A stretch of 64,000 nt of DNA, taken from contig CAWDEM010000008.1 in the NCBI GenBank assembly GCA_963801355.1, forward strand, positions 2,912,001 to 2,976,000, written 5' to 3'. This document shows positions 10,298 to 20,553 of this stretch, piece by piece (the first letter of the stretch is position 1; every line of letters starts with the position of its first letter). This DNA is from Ignavibacteriota bacterium. Lineage in GTDB: Bacteria > Bacteroidota > Ignavibacteria > UBA10030 > UBA6906. A program made the translations under genes and the position numbers. Below the pieces are notes generated by a model. The model saw only the letters and a list, made by a program, of their open reading frames with translations, was not told the DNA's origin and did no database searches.

Positions 10298-11422
10298 ATG
10301 ACACCCCGTCCTCTCGCAATCCTCCAGACCTGCTTCTCCCGATCCTGGGGAGGCCTGGAGATGCAAGCACTTGAACTCTCCCTTGGCTTGCGGAAGAGGG
10401 GGCATGACGTCACGCTTGCCCTCCCCCCCGGCAGCCGCCTTGCATCGGAAGCCGCGCACCACGAACTCACGCTTCTCCCCCTCGATGTCACCGGGTATGT
10501 GCACCCGTTGATAGTGCGGCGCCTGAGCAGGGCCCTGCGCTCCGGCTCCACCGACGTCATCCATTGCCAGCATTCACGGGACCTCGCCACGGTTGTGCCC
10601 GCAATGCGGCTCTGCGGCCGGACCATCCCCATCGTGCTGAGCAAACGTGTCGGCTCCTCTATCACCAAGAAAGATTTCTTCCACAGATATACGCACCGGC
10701 ATATCAGCAGAGTACTGGCAATCAGCGATGTGATCCACCGGAATGTTCTTGCCACCACACCCGTGCCGCCGGAACGTGTCCTGACGGTGCATGATGCCGT
10801 CGATACGACACTCTTTTCCCCCGATACGGTGGACCGGTTCAGTGTGAGACGGGAAGCGGGAATGCCGGATGATGCGCTCGTCGTGGGATTTGTCGGCCGG
10901 TTTTCCCCCGGGAAAGGACTCGAAGAGCTCCTGCAGGCCGCGCAACTGTTACACAGGCAACACCCTGCAGTGCGGTACCTCATTGCGGGCGAAGCCAGTC
11001 ACGGAGAGGAGGCATACGCCGCCTCCATTCACGATCTGGCCCGGCGCCTCGGGATACAGGACATCGTCCGGTTCATGGGATTCCGCAGTGATGTCCCCGC
11101 GGTGATGGCTTCGTTCGATATACTCGCCTTTCCGTCGCACGCGGAGTCGTTCGGCGTCGTATTGATCGAAGCAATGGCGATGGGAAAACCCGTGGTATCC
11201 ACGAATTGCGACGGCGTGCTGGACATCGTTGTGAACGGCACGACCGGACTCATGGTGCCGCCGAAGGACCCCGGAGCTCTGGCGCACGGGCTGGAACAGG
11301 TGATTCTCGATGCGGATCTTCGCCTGCGCATGGGCGCCGCGGGGCGTGCGCGCGTACTGGAGTTTTTTGACCGGACGGTCCAGCTCCGGACACTGGAGGA
11401 AATCTACTTCTCTTTGCTCTGA
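10298..11422 (+). CDS. Glycosyltransferase family 4
   Basis: WGGLE, FVGRFSPGKG, ESFGVVLIEAMAMGKPVVST (EX7E). Confidence 0.93.
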   Translation: MTPRPLAILQTCFSRSWGGLEMQALELSLGLRKRGHDVTLALPPGSRLASEAAHHELTLLPLDVTGYVHPLIVRRLSRALRSGSTDVIHCQHSRDLATVVPAMRLCGRTIPIVLSKRVGSSITKKDFFHRYTHRHISRVLAISDVIHRNVLATTPVPPERVLTVHDAVDTTLFSPDTVDRFSVRREAGMPDDALVVGFVGRFSPGKGLEELLQAAQLLHRQHPAVRYLIAGEASHGEEAYAASIHDLARRLGIQDIVRFMGFRSDVPAVMASFDILAFPSHAESFGVVLIEAMAMGKPVVSTNCDGVLDIVVNGTTGLMVPPKDPGALAHGLEQVILDADLRLRMGAAGRARVLEFFDRTVQLRTLEEIYFSLL

Positions 11423-13172
11423 AGTCTCCCCACCGGATACACTCCCACAGCGGGATCACTCCACGGCGAATGCTGATAGAGCCAATTCAGACGGGCGTCA
11501 GGATGTGACGCAAAGGCCGAGTCGGTCCGGACGAGTTCTTCGTACACCTGCCGCAGGGCGGGCTGTTGTGCAAGCATCGCCGCACCAATCTTCTCCATTA
11601 CGTACCCTTCGGCGTACTCTTTCTGTTCGAAGATGCCATTCATGAATCCCCATGCAACAAAGGAGTCGGGACTGCGGGGTTCGAGGAGGTGCACAAGCAC
11701 CCTTGCCGACCGCTGCCGCGTCGAGATGAGCAGGCTGCCCGCCGGAAAGTACCGGCGTTCGTGAACCGGCAACGCTTTCAGCTCCACCCTCTGCCTCCCC
11801 TCATTCGGCCTCCCGGCAAACTGGACGTCACTGAAGCGGTAGGAGGTAATGGCGAGCGTGTCGGCGCGCGGAAGTTGTGTATAGCGGATGCCATGCACGC
11901 GCAGCAGCTCAGGCAGAAACGTCAGCTCCGGAGGTGCCACGTATGCCTCGGGAATGCTTACCGAATCCTCCGCAATCGTCTCATCATAGAAGGGAAGCTC
12001 CAGCTCAACGGGTTCGCCTGTGTACACAATCCGTGTGCCGCCGCTGAGCGGGCTCGGCTCGACCAGCTGCTTGATTCCGAGGAAATGCCGCATATGGAAC
12101 CCCGGCCCCGCCGTGAAGCGGAGAGGAATAACCGGTGCCGGCGGGTCTCCGCTCTCCAGGCGCCTGTCGGCAACCTGCACGGCATTCCTCAACCGGGATA
12201 CGGAATTCCGCACCGCCTGCAGTGATGCCTTCAGGAATTGATACGTTGCACTGACCCGTGTCCGGTACGGTTTCAGACTGTGCGTTTCGATGAGAAGCGC
12301 CGGCCTGTTTTGCAGCGCGGCGTATCCGGTGGAGAAGCGGGGGGTGGACGCGCCTCCGCCGCGCAACCCTTTGGAAAGGTCGACATCCTCCCGCGGCATC
12401 ACATACCAGAATACCTTGTGACCCGAGGCCTCGACCTCCGGCAGGACCACGGGCAGGAACCATTCACGGGCCCAGCCTGACACCGTGGCATCGATATTCG
12501 CTTCCAGTTCCATGGTGTAGGTCACGTCATACTGGAAGTCAATCCCATCGGTGACATGGCAGTCTATATAGAGATCCGGCAGCCACGCGGCGAACAGCTT
12601 CAAGAGTGCACGCATCTCCGGAGTATCGGCCTTCATGTAGTCGCGGTTCAGATTCAGGTTCTGTGCCGTCATCCGCCATCCCATTTCGGCCGGGCCCAGT
12701 TCTGATTGATGCGGTTGTACGGTCCAAAGCGTTCGTGGCCGTCGACATTGAAGATGGGCACGAACAACAGTACCAGGCTGTCGAGAATGCCGGGAAACTG
12801 TTTGCGAACCACGATGTCCCGGATCAGCATGAGCCCGGCATCCTTCCCGTCGATTTCACCTGCGTGAATGCCGGCCTGGACAAGCACCACGGCCTTTCCG
12901 GCCTGCCGTGCGGAGGCCGGCGTAAAGGAGCGGTCGCCGGAAACGATCACCAACGGGAGGGCCCGTCCCTGTGCGCTCTGACCGAACGACGTGACGTGGA
13001 CAAGAGGAGAGAATGCGGCCAGGCGCCGGCAGTATGCAAGAGTGCTGTCGTACCGCGGCGTTCGCAATCCGCCGCTGGCCTCGAAGTACGTTTCCCATGG
13101 GTCGTGCGTGGAAGTCTGCGCACACAACGTCGCTCCACCGGCCAGGAGCAGGAATGTGAGGAGGTATTTCAT
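11404..13172 (-). pseudogene. M14 family zinc carboxypeptidase, frameshifted (ORFs 12669-13172 and 11404-12684)
   Basis: GIHAGEIDGK and PIFNVDGH in the 5' part; NLNRD and DCHVTDG in the 3' part. Removing TG at 12697-12698 restores NQNGPAEMGWR. Could be an assembly error. Confidence 0.75.
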
Positions 13173-13207
13173 GAGTTCATTCCCGAAAGATATGCGGACA
13201 TCACCAC

Positions 13208-13552
13208 TCACCGGACCCAGATGATGAGTATTCCAGGATTTCCATGCACCAGATCGGGATCATCGTACATTCCGGCCTCGAGGCGCATTTTCTGTGTCGT
13301 GGGTTCCAAGTGGGTATAGACTTCTCCGTTGATGATTGCCCGGAATCGCGACCGGTGTTTGAAAGCCCAGTTGCGCGCAAGGGTCAGCGTCGATCCTCCC
13401 TGACCGGTACTGCCGTAGCCATGGATGATCTTCAGAATGTGCAACGTCGGGGAATTCCGGACCGTCTGCCAGGCAAGCTCCATATCCTCTTCGGCACGAT
13501 CCGGATGACGCGGCGGGTGTGCAACGTCAATTGTGTAGACGGGGGACATCAC
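13208..13552 (-). CDS. Stand-alone Smr-domain-like protein
   Basis: TIDVAH...[13 protein letters not shown]...NPGILIIWV matches the Smr layout; GTGA overlap with the copA stop. Confidence 0.7.
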   Translation of the reverse strand: MMSPVYTIDVAHPPRHPDRAEEDMELAWQTVRNSPTLHILKIIHGYGSTGQGGSTLTLARNWAFKHRSRFRAIINGEVYTHLEPTTQKMRLEAGMYDDPDLVHGNPGILIIWVR

Positions 13553-15801
13553 GGAAGATGCCGGAGGCGTAATGAATTGGTCACCACGCTGACGGAACTG
13601 AAGGCCATTGCCAGGGCGGCCACCATGGGATGGAGCAGACCGAACGCCGCCAGGGGAATGCCGACCACATTATAGAAGAACGCCCAGAAGAAATTCTGGC
13701 GGATGATGTGCACAGTGCGCTGCGACAGCTCGATCGCGCGCGGCACAGCGCGAAGATCTGACGACATGACCGTAATGTCCGCCGTCTCCATTGCCGCATC
13801 CGTTCCCGAACTGAGTGCGATACTCAGATCGGCCTGCGCCAGGGCCGGTGTGTCGTTGATGCCGTCCCCGACCATTGCCACGCTATGGCCGCGGCGGCGG
13901 CGTTGCATGATGTATTCCGCCTTTCCGGCAGGAAGGACACCGGACACAACTTCATCCACACCCGCAGCTTTCCCGATGGCAGCAGCGATACGCTCTCCGT
14001 CCCCCGTGAGCAGCACCGTAGCCAATCCCATGGCACGGAGACGCGCAATTGTCTCAGGCGCCTCCGGACGGAGTGTGTCGGCCAGGGCGATCAGGCCCTG
14101 CAGCCTGCCAGCCCGGCAGACGTACACCACTGTTTTTCCCTCACCAGCCAACCTGACCGCTTCCGCGTCGAGAGCACCGGTATCCACACCATGGCTGCGC
14201 AGAAACGCGCCGGACCCCGCCAGAACCTGTTCCCCTTCCAGAATCCCTTCGATACCCTCGCCGGGGACTGCATGGAAGTCCGTTGCAGTGGGAATCGCCG
14301 CAGCGGCTTCCCGGGCCGCGCTGACAATGGCTGACGCCAGAGGATGCTCCGAGAGTCGTTCCACCGAAGCCGCAATCGTGAGGACGTAGTCGCGGGATGT
14401 GTCGATGGTATTGACATCCGTCACAACAGGAGTGCCATGGGTGAGTGTGCCGGTCTTGTCAAAGACGATGGTACGGACTTTTCTTGCACGCTCCAGCGCA
14501 TCGGCATTCTTCACATAGATTCCATGCGTTGCTCCTGTGCCGGTGCCGACAATGATGGCTGTCGGGGTTGCCAGACCTAATGCACACGGGCATGCGATGA
14601 TCAGGACTGCAATTGCCCGTGTGAGGGCCGTGCCGGCCGGTTCACCTGCCGCGAAGTACCATCCCAGAAACGTTGCCAGCGCAGCGACCATGACAGCCGG
14701 AACGAAGACCGCAGCGATTGCATCGGCAATTCGCTGAACGGGGGGCTTCTCGGCCTGGGCGCGTTCAACCATGCGAATAATCTGTGCCAGCACTGTCTCC
14801 TGACCCACCGCGGTCGCGCGGAACAGAAAACTTCCCTGCCGGTTGAGTGTGCCTGACAGGACTTTCACCCCGGGGCCTTTCTCGACGGGGAGGCTCTCTC
14901 CTGTCATCATGGATTCGTCGACTGAAGAGGCTCCCTCCGCAATGATGCCGTCGACGGGAATCCGGTCGCCCGGCCTCACGCGCAGCAGATCGCCCGGCAG
15001 AAGGTGGGCCACGGGAATTTCTTCTTCCACCCCGCCGCGCACGACAGTCGCGACGGTGGGCTGAAGGGAGAATAGAGCTCGCAGTGCGGTCGTCGCCCGG
15101 CTTTTCGCGCGTGCTTCGAGCCATTTCCCGAGGAGGATCAGCGTAATGATGGTGGCGCTGGTGTCGAAATAGACATGCCCGGGAGCCTGGTGTCCCGGGG
15201 CGGCGAGTTGATACACCACAGAGGCGGCGCTGGCGGCATACGCTGTACCGGTACCGATCGCCACCAGCGTGTTCATGTCTGCGGTTCCGTGACGCAGCCC
15301 CTTCCAGGCCGCAATGAAAAACTGCCGTCCCGCGACGAAGAGCACCGGGGTTGTCAGCAGCAGAAGGAGGAGGTTCAGCCACTGTGCCGCCGGGGCCGGC
15401 AGTGCCGCGGGCGGCGGAGCCGCGTTCATGGACAGCATGCTCAACACCATTACCGGCACCGCCAGTGAGGCACTCAGAAAGAACAATTTCTTTTGGCGCT
15501 CCCCGGGGGATGTTTCAGCATCCCCGGAAGGCGTGTCGACTCCTCCCTCCGCCCTACGCCGCCGCAAGACATATCCGGCCTCTTCAACGGCTGCACTCAG
15601 GCTGTCGAACGACGTCTGTTCGGGATCAAAGGTTACGGTCGCCGCCTCGGTGGCAAGATTCACGCTCACAGAGCCGACACCGCTCACCCTCCCGAGCGCC
15701 TTCTCCACACGGCGGACGCAACTGGCACACGTCATTCCTTCCACCGGAAGGGTCAGTGTGGAGATCACCGGAAGCGGGGCACCGGAGTCTATGGGAGCCA
15801 T
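13549..15801 (-). CDS. copA: Cu(I)-translocating P1B-type ATPase
   Basis: GMTCASC HMA domain, [32 protein letters not shown] and MAFSS TM motifs. Confidence 0.95.
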   Translation of the reverse strand: MAPIDSGAPLPVISTLTLPVEGMTCASCVRRVEKALGRVSGVGSVSVNLATEAATVTFDPEQTSFDSLSAAVEEAGYVLRRRRAEGGVDTPSGDAETSPGERQKKLFFLSASLAVPVMVLSMLSMNAAPPPAALPAPAAQWLNLLLLLLTTPVLFVAGRQFFIAAWKGLRHGTADMNTLVAIGTGTAYAASAASVVYQLAAPGHQAPGHVYFDTSATIITLILLGKWLEARAKSRATTALRALFSLQPTVATVVRGGVEEEIPVAHLLPGDLLRVRPGDRIPVDGIIAEGASSVDESMMTGESLPVEKGPGVKVLSGTLNRQGSFLFRATAVGQETVLAQIIRMVERAQAEKPPVQRIADAIAAVFVPAVMVAALATFLGWYFAAGEPAGTALTRAIAVLIIACPCALGLATPTAIIVGTGTGATHGIYVKNADALERARKVRTIVFDKTGTLTHGTPVVTDVNTIDTSRDYVLTIAASVERLSEHPLASAIVSAAREAAAAIPTATDFHAVPGEGIEGILEGEQVLAGSGAFLRSHGVDTGALDAEAVRLAGEGKTVVYVCRAGRLQGLIALADTLRPEAPETIARLRAMGLATVLLTGDGERIAAAIGKAAGVDEVVSGVLPAGKAEYIMQRRRRGHSVAMVGDGINDTPALAQADLSIALSSGTDAAMETADITVMSSDLRAVPRAIELSQRTVHIIRQNFFWAFFYNVVGIPLAAFGLLHPMVAALAMAFSSVSVVTNSLRLRHLP

Positions 15802-15810
15802 TGGTCGCAA

Positions 15811-16014
15811 TCAGTTCGTCGGCGTGTAGCCCGCCTCCGTGATGGCGGCACGCACGCGAACCAGGGCGGCCTCCGGGTCGTCGGCGCTGAACACCACCGC
15901 CCCCACCCGCACGACTTTAAGCGAAATGCCGGGGACCTTCTGGAGTGACTCCTTCACCGTCATCACGCAGTGCTGACAGCTCATCCCCTCAATGCGAATC
16001 TCACGCTCTTGCAT
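15811..16014 (-). CDS. copZ: Copper chaperone (HMA domain)
   Basis: IEGMSCQHC...ITEAGY; AAAGGA SD before ATG 16014. Confidence 0.88.
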   Translation of the reverse strand: MQEREIRIEGMSCQHCVMTVKESLQKVPGISLKVVRVGAVVFSADDPEAALVRVRAAITEAGYTPTN

Positions 16015-16038
16015 ATCTTGTCCTTTCCCGGGATACAT

Positions 16039-16074
16039 GTGTTCGTACCAGTAATGGTGTTCGTGCCAGTAATA
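16039..16074. repeat. 18-bp tandem direct repeat overlapping the copZ -10/TSS (candidate operator)
   Basis: GTGTTCGTACCAGTAATG / GTGTTCGTGCCAGTAATA. Confidence 0.7.
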
Positions 16075-16099
16075 TAGAGACAGCCCGCCGAAGGTGCAA
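16071..16099 (-). promoter_or_regulatory. Sigma-70 promoter for copZA
   Basis: TTGCAC-17-TATATT. Confidence 0.6.
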
Positions 16100-16110
16100 A
16101 CTGACGGACT

Positions 16111-16139
16111 TTGAAGTTCTGTCGCTCCTTCTGTATCTT
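16111..16139 (+). promoter_or_regulatory. Sigma-70 promoter for Nudix gene (probably leaderless)
   Basis: TTGAAG-17-TATCTT, 6 nt before ATG 16146. Confidence 0.55.
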
Positions 16140-16145
16140 GTATCC

Positions 16146-16736
16146 ATGCTCTGGTCATCCGATGATATCTGCAATCTTCTTGCGCACGCCCGGCGACAGA
16201 CGGCCCGGAAGAGTATTGTGCGCGAAGGACTTATCCCCTCCGCCGTCCTCGTCCCGCTGGTGTCCATACAAGGCGAGACCCACCTGCTGCTCACGCGACG
16301 GACGGATACGGTGCAGACGCATAAGGGACACATCGCGTTTCCCGGAGGCATGGTGGATGAGGATGATCGTGACAGAACTGCCACGGCATTGAGGGAGACG
16401 AAAGAGGAACTCGGGATCGCTGCCGATGAAATCCTTACCATCGGCCTGCTTGATGACCTGGCCACGCCGACCGGATTTGTTATCACTCCTGTCGTCGGAT
16501 TCCTGGGCAAAGCGCCCGACATGTCGCCGAGCGCCGCGGAGGTCGCCGAAGTCTTCTTTGTTCCGTTGTCCTTTCTGGGGGACGAACGACATCGCCGCCG
16601 CGAAACCAGAATCACCGAGTTCGGTCCGCGCGAGACGTGGCGCTATGACTACGAGGGCCGTGTCATCTGGGGGGCCACGGCGGCGATCATTCGCGATCTC
16701 ATGAGCCTGCTGCACCCTTCATCCTCCGGCCGGTGA
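16146..16736 (+). CDS. Nudix hydrolase, CoA pyrophosphatase (NudL-like)
   Basis: LLTRR..HKGHIAFPGG, ALRETKEELG Nudix box, IWGATA. Confidence 0.9.
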   Translation: MLWSSDDICNLLAHARRQTARKSIVREGLIPSAVLVPLVSIQGETHLLLTRRTDTVQTHKGHIAFPGGMVDEDDRDRTATALRETKEELGIAADEILTIGLLDDLATPTGFVITPVVGFLGKAPDMSPSAAEVAEVFFVPLSFLGDERHRRRETRITEFGPRETWRYDYEGRVIWGATAAIIRDLMSLLHPSSSGR

Positions 16737-16737
16737 A

Positions 16738-17337
16738 TCATCCCGCCATCGCAATTTCCGAAGGAACAAAGCGATCACCCACGGCATACCCTCTGGCACT
16801 CGCGTAGTCTTTCAACCGTGAGAAGAGGATCGACCGCGCCCTGTGCAAACGGGAGCGCACGGTGCCGATGGGGATATTCAGGAGCTGGGCGATTTCTTCA
16901 TACGGCATATCTTCAAGATCTCGCAGCATGACCACGCTCTTGAATTTGTCGGGCAATGCCGCGATCGCCCCGGCCATCTCATCGTCGAACATACGGCTTT
17001 CCATCATGTCCCGGAGATCGGGCATATCCTTTCCCGATGTCGACATCTGGTACGGTGTGATCTGCTCGTCAAATTCCACCATATCCGGCTGGCGGTGAAC
17101 CCGGCGATACTCGTTGATGAACGTGTTCTTCATGATCCGGTAGAGCCACGCTTTGGCATTCGTGCCGGCCTCGAACTTGTCGAAGAAACGAAAGGCCTTT
17201 AAGTAGGTATCCTGGAGAAGATCCGCGGCCTGTTCGCGGTTCCCGGAAAGGTACATGGCGTAGTTGAACAGCATATCCGTGTACGGCATCATTTGCTTCT
17301 TAAACATCTCTTGGCGTTTGACATCGATCAGTCTCAT
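16738..17337 (-). CDS. ECF sigma-70 factor, SigH/SigR-like
   Basis: DLLQDTYLKA, FEAGTNAKAWLYRIMKNTFIN, YEEIAQLLNIPIGTVRSRLHRAR; AGGAG SD. Confidence 0.92.
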   Translation of the reverse strand: MRLIDVKRQEMFKKQMMPYTDMLFNYAMYLSGNREQAADLLQDTYLKAFRFFDKFEAGTNAKAWLYRIMKNTFINEYRRVHRQPDMVEFDEQITPYQMSTSGKDMPDLRDMMESRMFDDEMAGAIAALPDKFKSVVMLRDLEDMPYEEIAQLLNIPIGTVRSRLHRARSILFSRLKDYASARGYAVGDRFVPSEIAMAG

Positions 17338-17414
17338 TGTTCTTTCGCTCCTTCCTCTTGCCCCGGTAGGGTTGAATCATCTGAAATGTGCGGTTTGGAC
17401 GATTTAATATTCAT

Positions 17415-17440
17415 AACGCAACCCTGGCAAAAAGGGTTCC
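17415..17440 (-). promoter_or_regulatory. ECF-type promoter, probably autoregulatory
   Basis: GGAAC-N17-CGTT on minus strand, about 78 nt upstream of the sigma ATG. Confidence 0.7.
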
Positions 17441-17443
17441 CGC

Positions 17444-17477
17444 AAAAAAAGGGGCCGCCCCGGAGTACGGAGCGGCC
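17444..17477 (-). terminator. Rho-independent terminator after TPR gene
   Basis: GGCCGCTC-loop-GGGCGGCC, then CC and T7. Confidence 0.8.
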
Positions 17478-17511
17478 TGAGAAAGCCTTCGAAATCCATT
17501 CAAAGAGGCCT

Positions 17512-19341
17512 TTATTTGGCCCCCGGACAGCCAATCCGCTCAATTGACTTCTTTGCATCCTCATTTCGTGGATCGAGCTTGAGTACCTTCCGCAACTCGC
17601 TGCAGGCTTCCTCCTGGAGCTTCTTGTTCACGGCGTCTTCTCCTTCTTTCCGTGACCGGATAAGTCCTTGCGCAAGCCAGAGGTGCCCTTGAGAATTGCC
17701 GGGGTCCAGATCAATCGTCCGCCGGAACAGACGGATGCACTCTTCGATTTTCTTGTCATTATCTGCGGCGTCGCCCGTTGGATCGAGTGTCTGCATCACC
17801 GCCTGGCCCCAGGTGAGTCGCAGGCTGGCATCTTCGTATCCGTATCCTGAGGCACGCCGGAATGATTCGACGGCCTGTCCGAACTGCTGCCTCCGGAAGT
17901 AGTACATGCCCAGGAGGTAGTGTGCTTCGGCGGCCTCCTTTTTGTATTTGTCCACATTGGGCCCGATCTGCTTCAGCACCGAATCATATTCCGCCTTGGC
18001 GTTGTCAAGCGAATCGACTTGCGTATAGTATCTGGCCAGCCAGAGCCGAGCGGGGAGATAATCCGGCCGCTTTTCGATCGTCGTCACGAGCAGTTCGCGC
18101 ACACGCGGGAAATTTTTTGTCTGCATGTGCGATGCCGCGGCATTCAGATACGCTGCGAGGGACATCGACCGGGGATCGCAAGCGATGCGTTTGTCGAACA
18201 TTGCCGCCGCCTGTTGATAGTCCTTCTTCTTCATGTAGATCGATCCAAGACTGAAGTACGCATCGCAATTCGTCGAGTCCATCGTGATTGCTTCGGTGAG
18301 CGATTTGAGCGCCTCGTCGTCGCGCCCCAGCCGGAACAGCGACAACCCGTACTTGTCCTGATCTTCCGGTAAGAACGCCTTCCGGCGTTTGAGCGCTTCA
18401 TATGACGCGAGCGCATCCGCAAATTCTCTCGTCTCCACCTGGGATTGCGCCAGCAGGCGCCAGACATCGGCATTTGCGGAGTCGAGTTTCAACGACCGTT
18501 TGGCTTCTTTCACGACTGCTGAATCATCACCCGCACCCGACAGCGCCTTCACATACAGGACCGACCCTTCGACGGATTTCGGCCGCAACCCCGTATACGT
18601 CTTCAGCGCGGGCACCGCCTGCTTGTACATCTTCGCGCGGAGATAGATATTCCCTTCCTGTACATACGCTTCGGCATTTGTTGAATCAAGTTTGATGATT
18701 TCGTCAAACTGCTTCACGGCTTCGGTGTATTGACGGTTCTTCTCATGGAACTTCGCAAGTTTGACATGCCGTTCGGTTGAGAGGGAATCGAGGTCAATGG
18801 CCTTCTGATAATTCATCACAGCCATCGGCACGACATTCTGTTTGGCAAACGCATCGCCCAGAGCGTCATAGATCGAAGGATCATCCGGTGTGGATTCCTT
18901 CGCGCGGGTCAGGTGCAGGATGGCGCCATCCAGGGAATCGGCGGCCAGCAGTGCCTTCCCGTACGATGCCGCGACAGCGGCATTCTTGGGCGCGAGTTTC
19001 ATCACCCGGCGGAACCGTGCGATCGCACCCTGCGTATCGCCCAGCTTCAACTCGCACTCGCCGAGATACCGGAGCGATTCGACGTTTTCATCGTCAATTC
19101 TGACCGACTCATCAAAATTCTTCTTCGCTTCGGCAAATTGACCGCGGGAAAACTTGATAACACCGAGATAATAGTGCACATCCCCGGTCTTCTGCCCTGC
19201 CTTGAGCGCTTGCTCCAGATTGGTGATCGCTGTGGCGGTATCTTTGACTCCCAACGCAACCTTCGCTTTGGACAAATAATCCTGGCCGTAACCAATACTC
19301 ACGACACACCCGAGGAGCAACACCGCGATGGTTCGTTTCAT
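17512..19341 (-). CDS. Exported tetratricopeptide-repeat protein
   Basis: Signal peptide; numerous TPR units (e.g. DAYFSLGSIY, AHYLLGMYY). Confidence 0.9.
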   Translation of the reverse strand: MKRTIAVLLLGCVVSIGYGQDYLSKAKVALGVKDTATAITNLEQALKAGQKTGDVHYYLGVIKFSRGQFAEAKKNFDESVRIDDENVESLRYLGECELKLGDTQGAIARFRRVMKLAPKNAAVAASYGKALLAADSLDGAILHLTRAKESTPDDPSIYDALGDAFAKQNVVPMAVMNYQKAIDLDSLSTERHVKLAKFHEKNRQYTEAVKQFDEIIKLDSTNAEAYVQEGNIYLRAKMYKQAVPALKTYTGLRPKSVEGSVLYVKALSGAGDDSAVVKEAKRSLKLDSANADVWRLLAQSQVETREFADALASYEALKRRKAFLPEDQDKYGLSLFRLGRDDEALKSLTEAITMDSTNCDAYFSLGSIYMKKKDYQQAAAMFDKRIACDPRSMSLAAYLNAAASHMQTKNFPRVRELLVTTIEKRPDYLPARLWLARYYTQVDSLDNAKAEYDSVLKQIGPNVDKYKKEAAEAHYLLGMYYFRRQQFGQAVESFRRASGYGYEDASLRLTWGQAVMQTLDPTGDAADNDKKIEECIRLFRRTIDLDPGNSQGHLWLAQGLIRSRKEGEDAVNKKLQEEACSELRKVLKLDPRNEDAKKSIERIGCPGAK

Positions 19342-19343
19342 GA

Positions 19344-20267
19344 CTATTTCACCTGTTCTGATGTAAGTTGGATGAGTCGCACCGGCATCGTGACCGGCAC
19401 CAGCCCGCTGTTCAGAAGGACTTTCTGTCCCTGAATGCCGGTTGCAAAAGAAATAAAGCCCAGCGAAAGATCTCTGTTGAGTTCGCGCGTATAGATCTTT
19501 ACAGGCGTGCTAATGGGATAATATCCTTTGTACACATATCCCTGGACGGGAGTATAGGCTTTGCCGATTGCTTGCGTCGAATCAGCCGCCACGCCCGGCC
19601 GTGACAGTCCCATAATACGGAATTCCTGGTCCACCCCTTTGAGCCATGCGACATTCACCACGCCGATGGCGTTGCGCCGTGTCCGCACATATTCCACCAG
19701 GTTGCCGCTGCCGGAAATCACGCTGGCCGACAGGGCGAATTTCTTCCCGCGGAGCACGAGCGCCCGGAGAATTTCATTGGTGCTGGAGTTGACATCGCTG
19801 ACGGCGATATCGATATTCCCGCCGGCCTTCCACTGGGGCCAGGCGGTCACTGCGCCCGACAGAATACTATCCACCTGGCCGACGCGCAGCTCCTTCACCG
19901 GATTGTCGGGGTGGGCGATGATGGCGATCGCCGATTGCGCCACATGGTATTCTTCGAACCAGGTCTTGGCGGCGGTGAGGCTGTTGCGCTCTTCGGCATT
20001 GAGCGAACGCGCAATCGCGATGACGTGCACACTGTCATTGACAAAATTCGCCGTCGCCTCCCGCGCTTCCACGGACCGCACATCCACCCGTGCATCGGGA
20101 TATTGCGAATGAAACTCCTCCGCAACCAGACGCAGGGCGGGATAGACGGCTTCGTCGCAGTCGATCCGGAGTGAACCCCTGGTGATGTTCGTCGAACCGG
20201 GCTCGCGGGTGCATCCCGCAAGCAGGAGCACCAGAGACGCACAGAGAGAGAGTATGAATCGGTTCAT
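19344..20267 (-). CDS. PstS-like (PBP_like) substrate-binding lipoprotein
   Basis: LAGC lipobox; IDCDEAVYP..EEF; AIAIIAHPDNP; GYYPI. Confidence 0.82.
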   Translation of the reverse strand: MNRFILSLCASLVLLLAGCTREPGSTNITRGSLRIDCDEAVYPALRLVAEEFHSQYPDARVDVRSVEAREATANFVNDSVHVIAIARSLNAEERNSLTAAKTWFEEYHVAQSAIAIIAHPDNPVKELRVGQVDSILSGAVTAWPQWKAGGNIDIAVSDVNSSTNEILRALVLRGKKFALSASVISGSGNLVEYVRTRRNAIGVVNVAWLKGVDQEFRIMGLSRPGVAADSTQAIGKAYTPVQGYVYKGYYPISTPVKIYTRELNRDLSLGFISFATGIQGQKVLLNSGLVPVTMPVRLIQLTSEQVK

Positions 20268-20458
20268 GGTCGTCTCGGTCGATTGAACGTGATGACAAAC
20301 CGATATAGCCCGTAAAGAACTATGACAGCACCGAAGATGATCCGGTACTCATCCGGCAGGTCCCACCTCACCGGAACGAGCACACCGAGCATAATCAACA
20401 CACCACACGCCATCGCTCCGGCCAGGAGCACGAGGATCACATAGCGAACGATCTGCAT
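20264..20458 (-). CDS. Small two-TM membrane protein
   Basis: MQIVRYVILVLLAG...IFGAVIVLYGLYRF; ATGA overlap with the next gene. Confidence 0.65.
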   Translation of the reverse strand: MQIVRYVILVLLAGAMACGVLIMLGVLVPVRWDLPDEYRIIFGAVIVLYGLYRFVITFNRPRRP

Positions 20459-20493
20459 CGGTCCGTCTGCTTCAAGAACCCCGGGCCCAAAAT

Positions 20494-20532
20494 ACCGGGA
20501 GAGAGGCGGGGGTTCCGACCTCCCTCCCCGGT
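20494..20532 (-). terminator. Hairpin after tonB (possible partial terminator)
   Basis: ACCGGGGAGGGAGG...CCTCTCTCCCGGT followed by ATTTT. Confidence 0.5.
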
Positions 20533-20553
20533 GACAAACACTCTGGCGTCCCG

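Noticed and set aside
9260-10573. Long antisense ORFs here and at 4294-5406, 7859-9007, 25988-27070, 34404-35567, 39267-40661, 44154-45506 and 45793-47052
   Set aside because: Expected stop-poor shadow frames opposite real genes in high-GC DNA.
11404-11422. 19-nt tail-to-tail overlap of the GT4 and M14 genes
   Set aside because: Short convergent overlaps are common; no further signal.
16015-16158. His/Trp-rich N-terminal extension of CopZ (YWHEHHYWYEH)
   Set aside because: It arises from the 18-bp repeat. The good SD at 16014 and the promoter at 16071-16099 place the upstream ATG outside the transcript.
19344-20267. Calling this gene pstS of a phosphate ABC transporter
   Set aside because: No pstCAB or phoU nearby; only family-level similarity.
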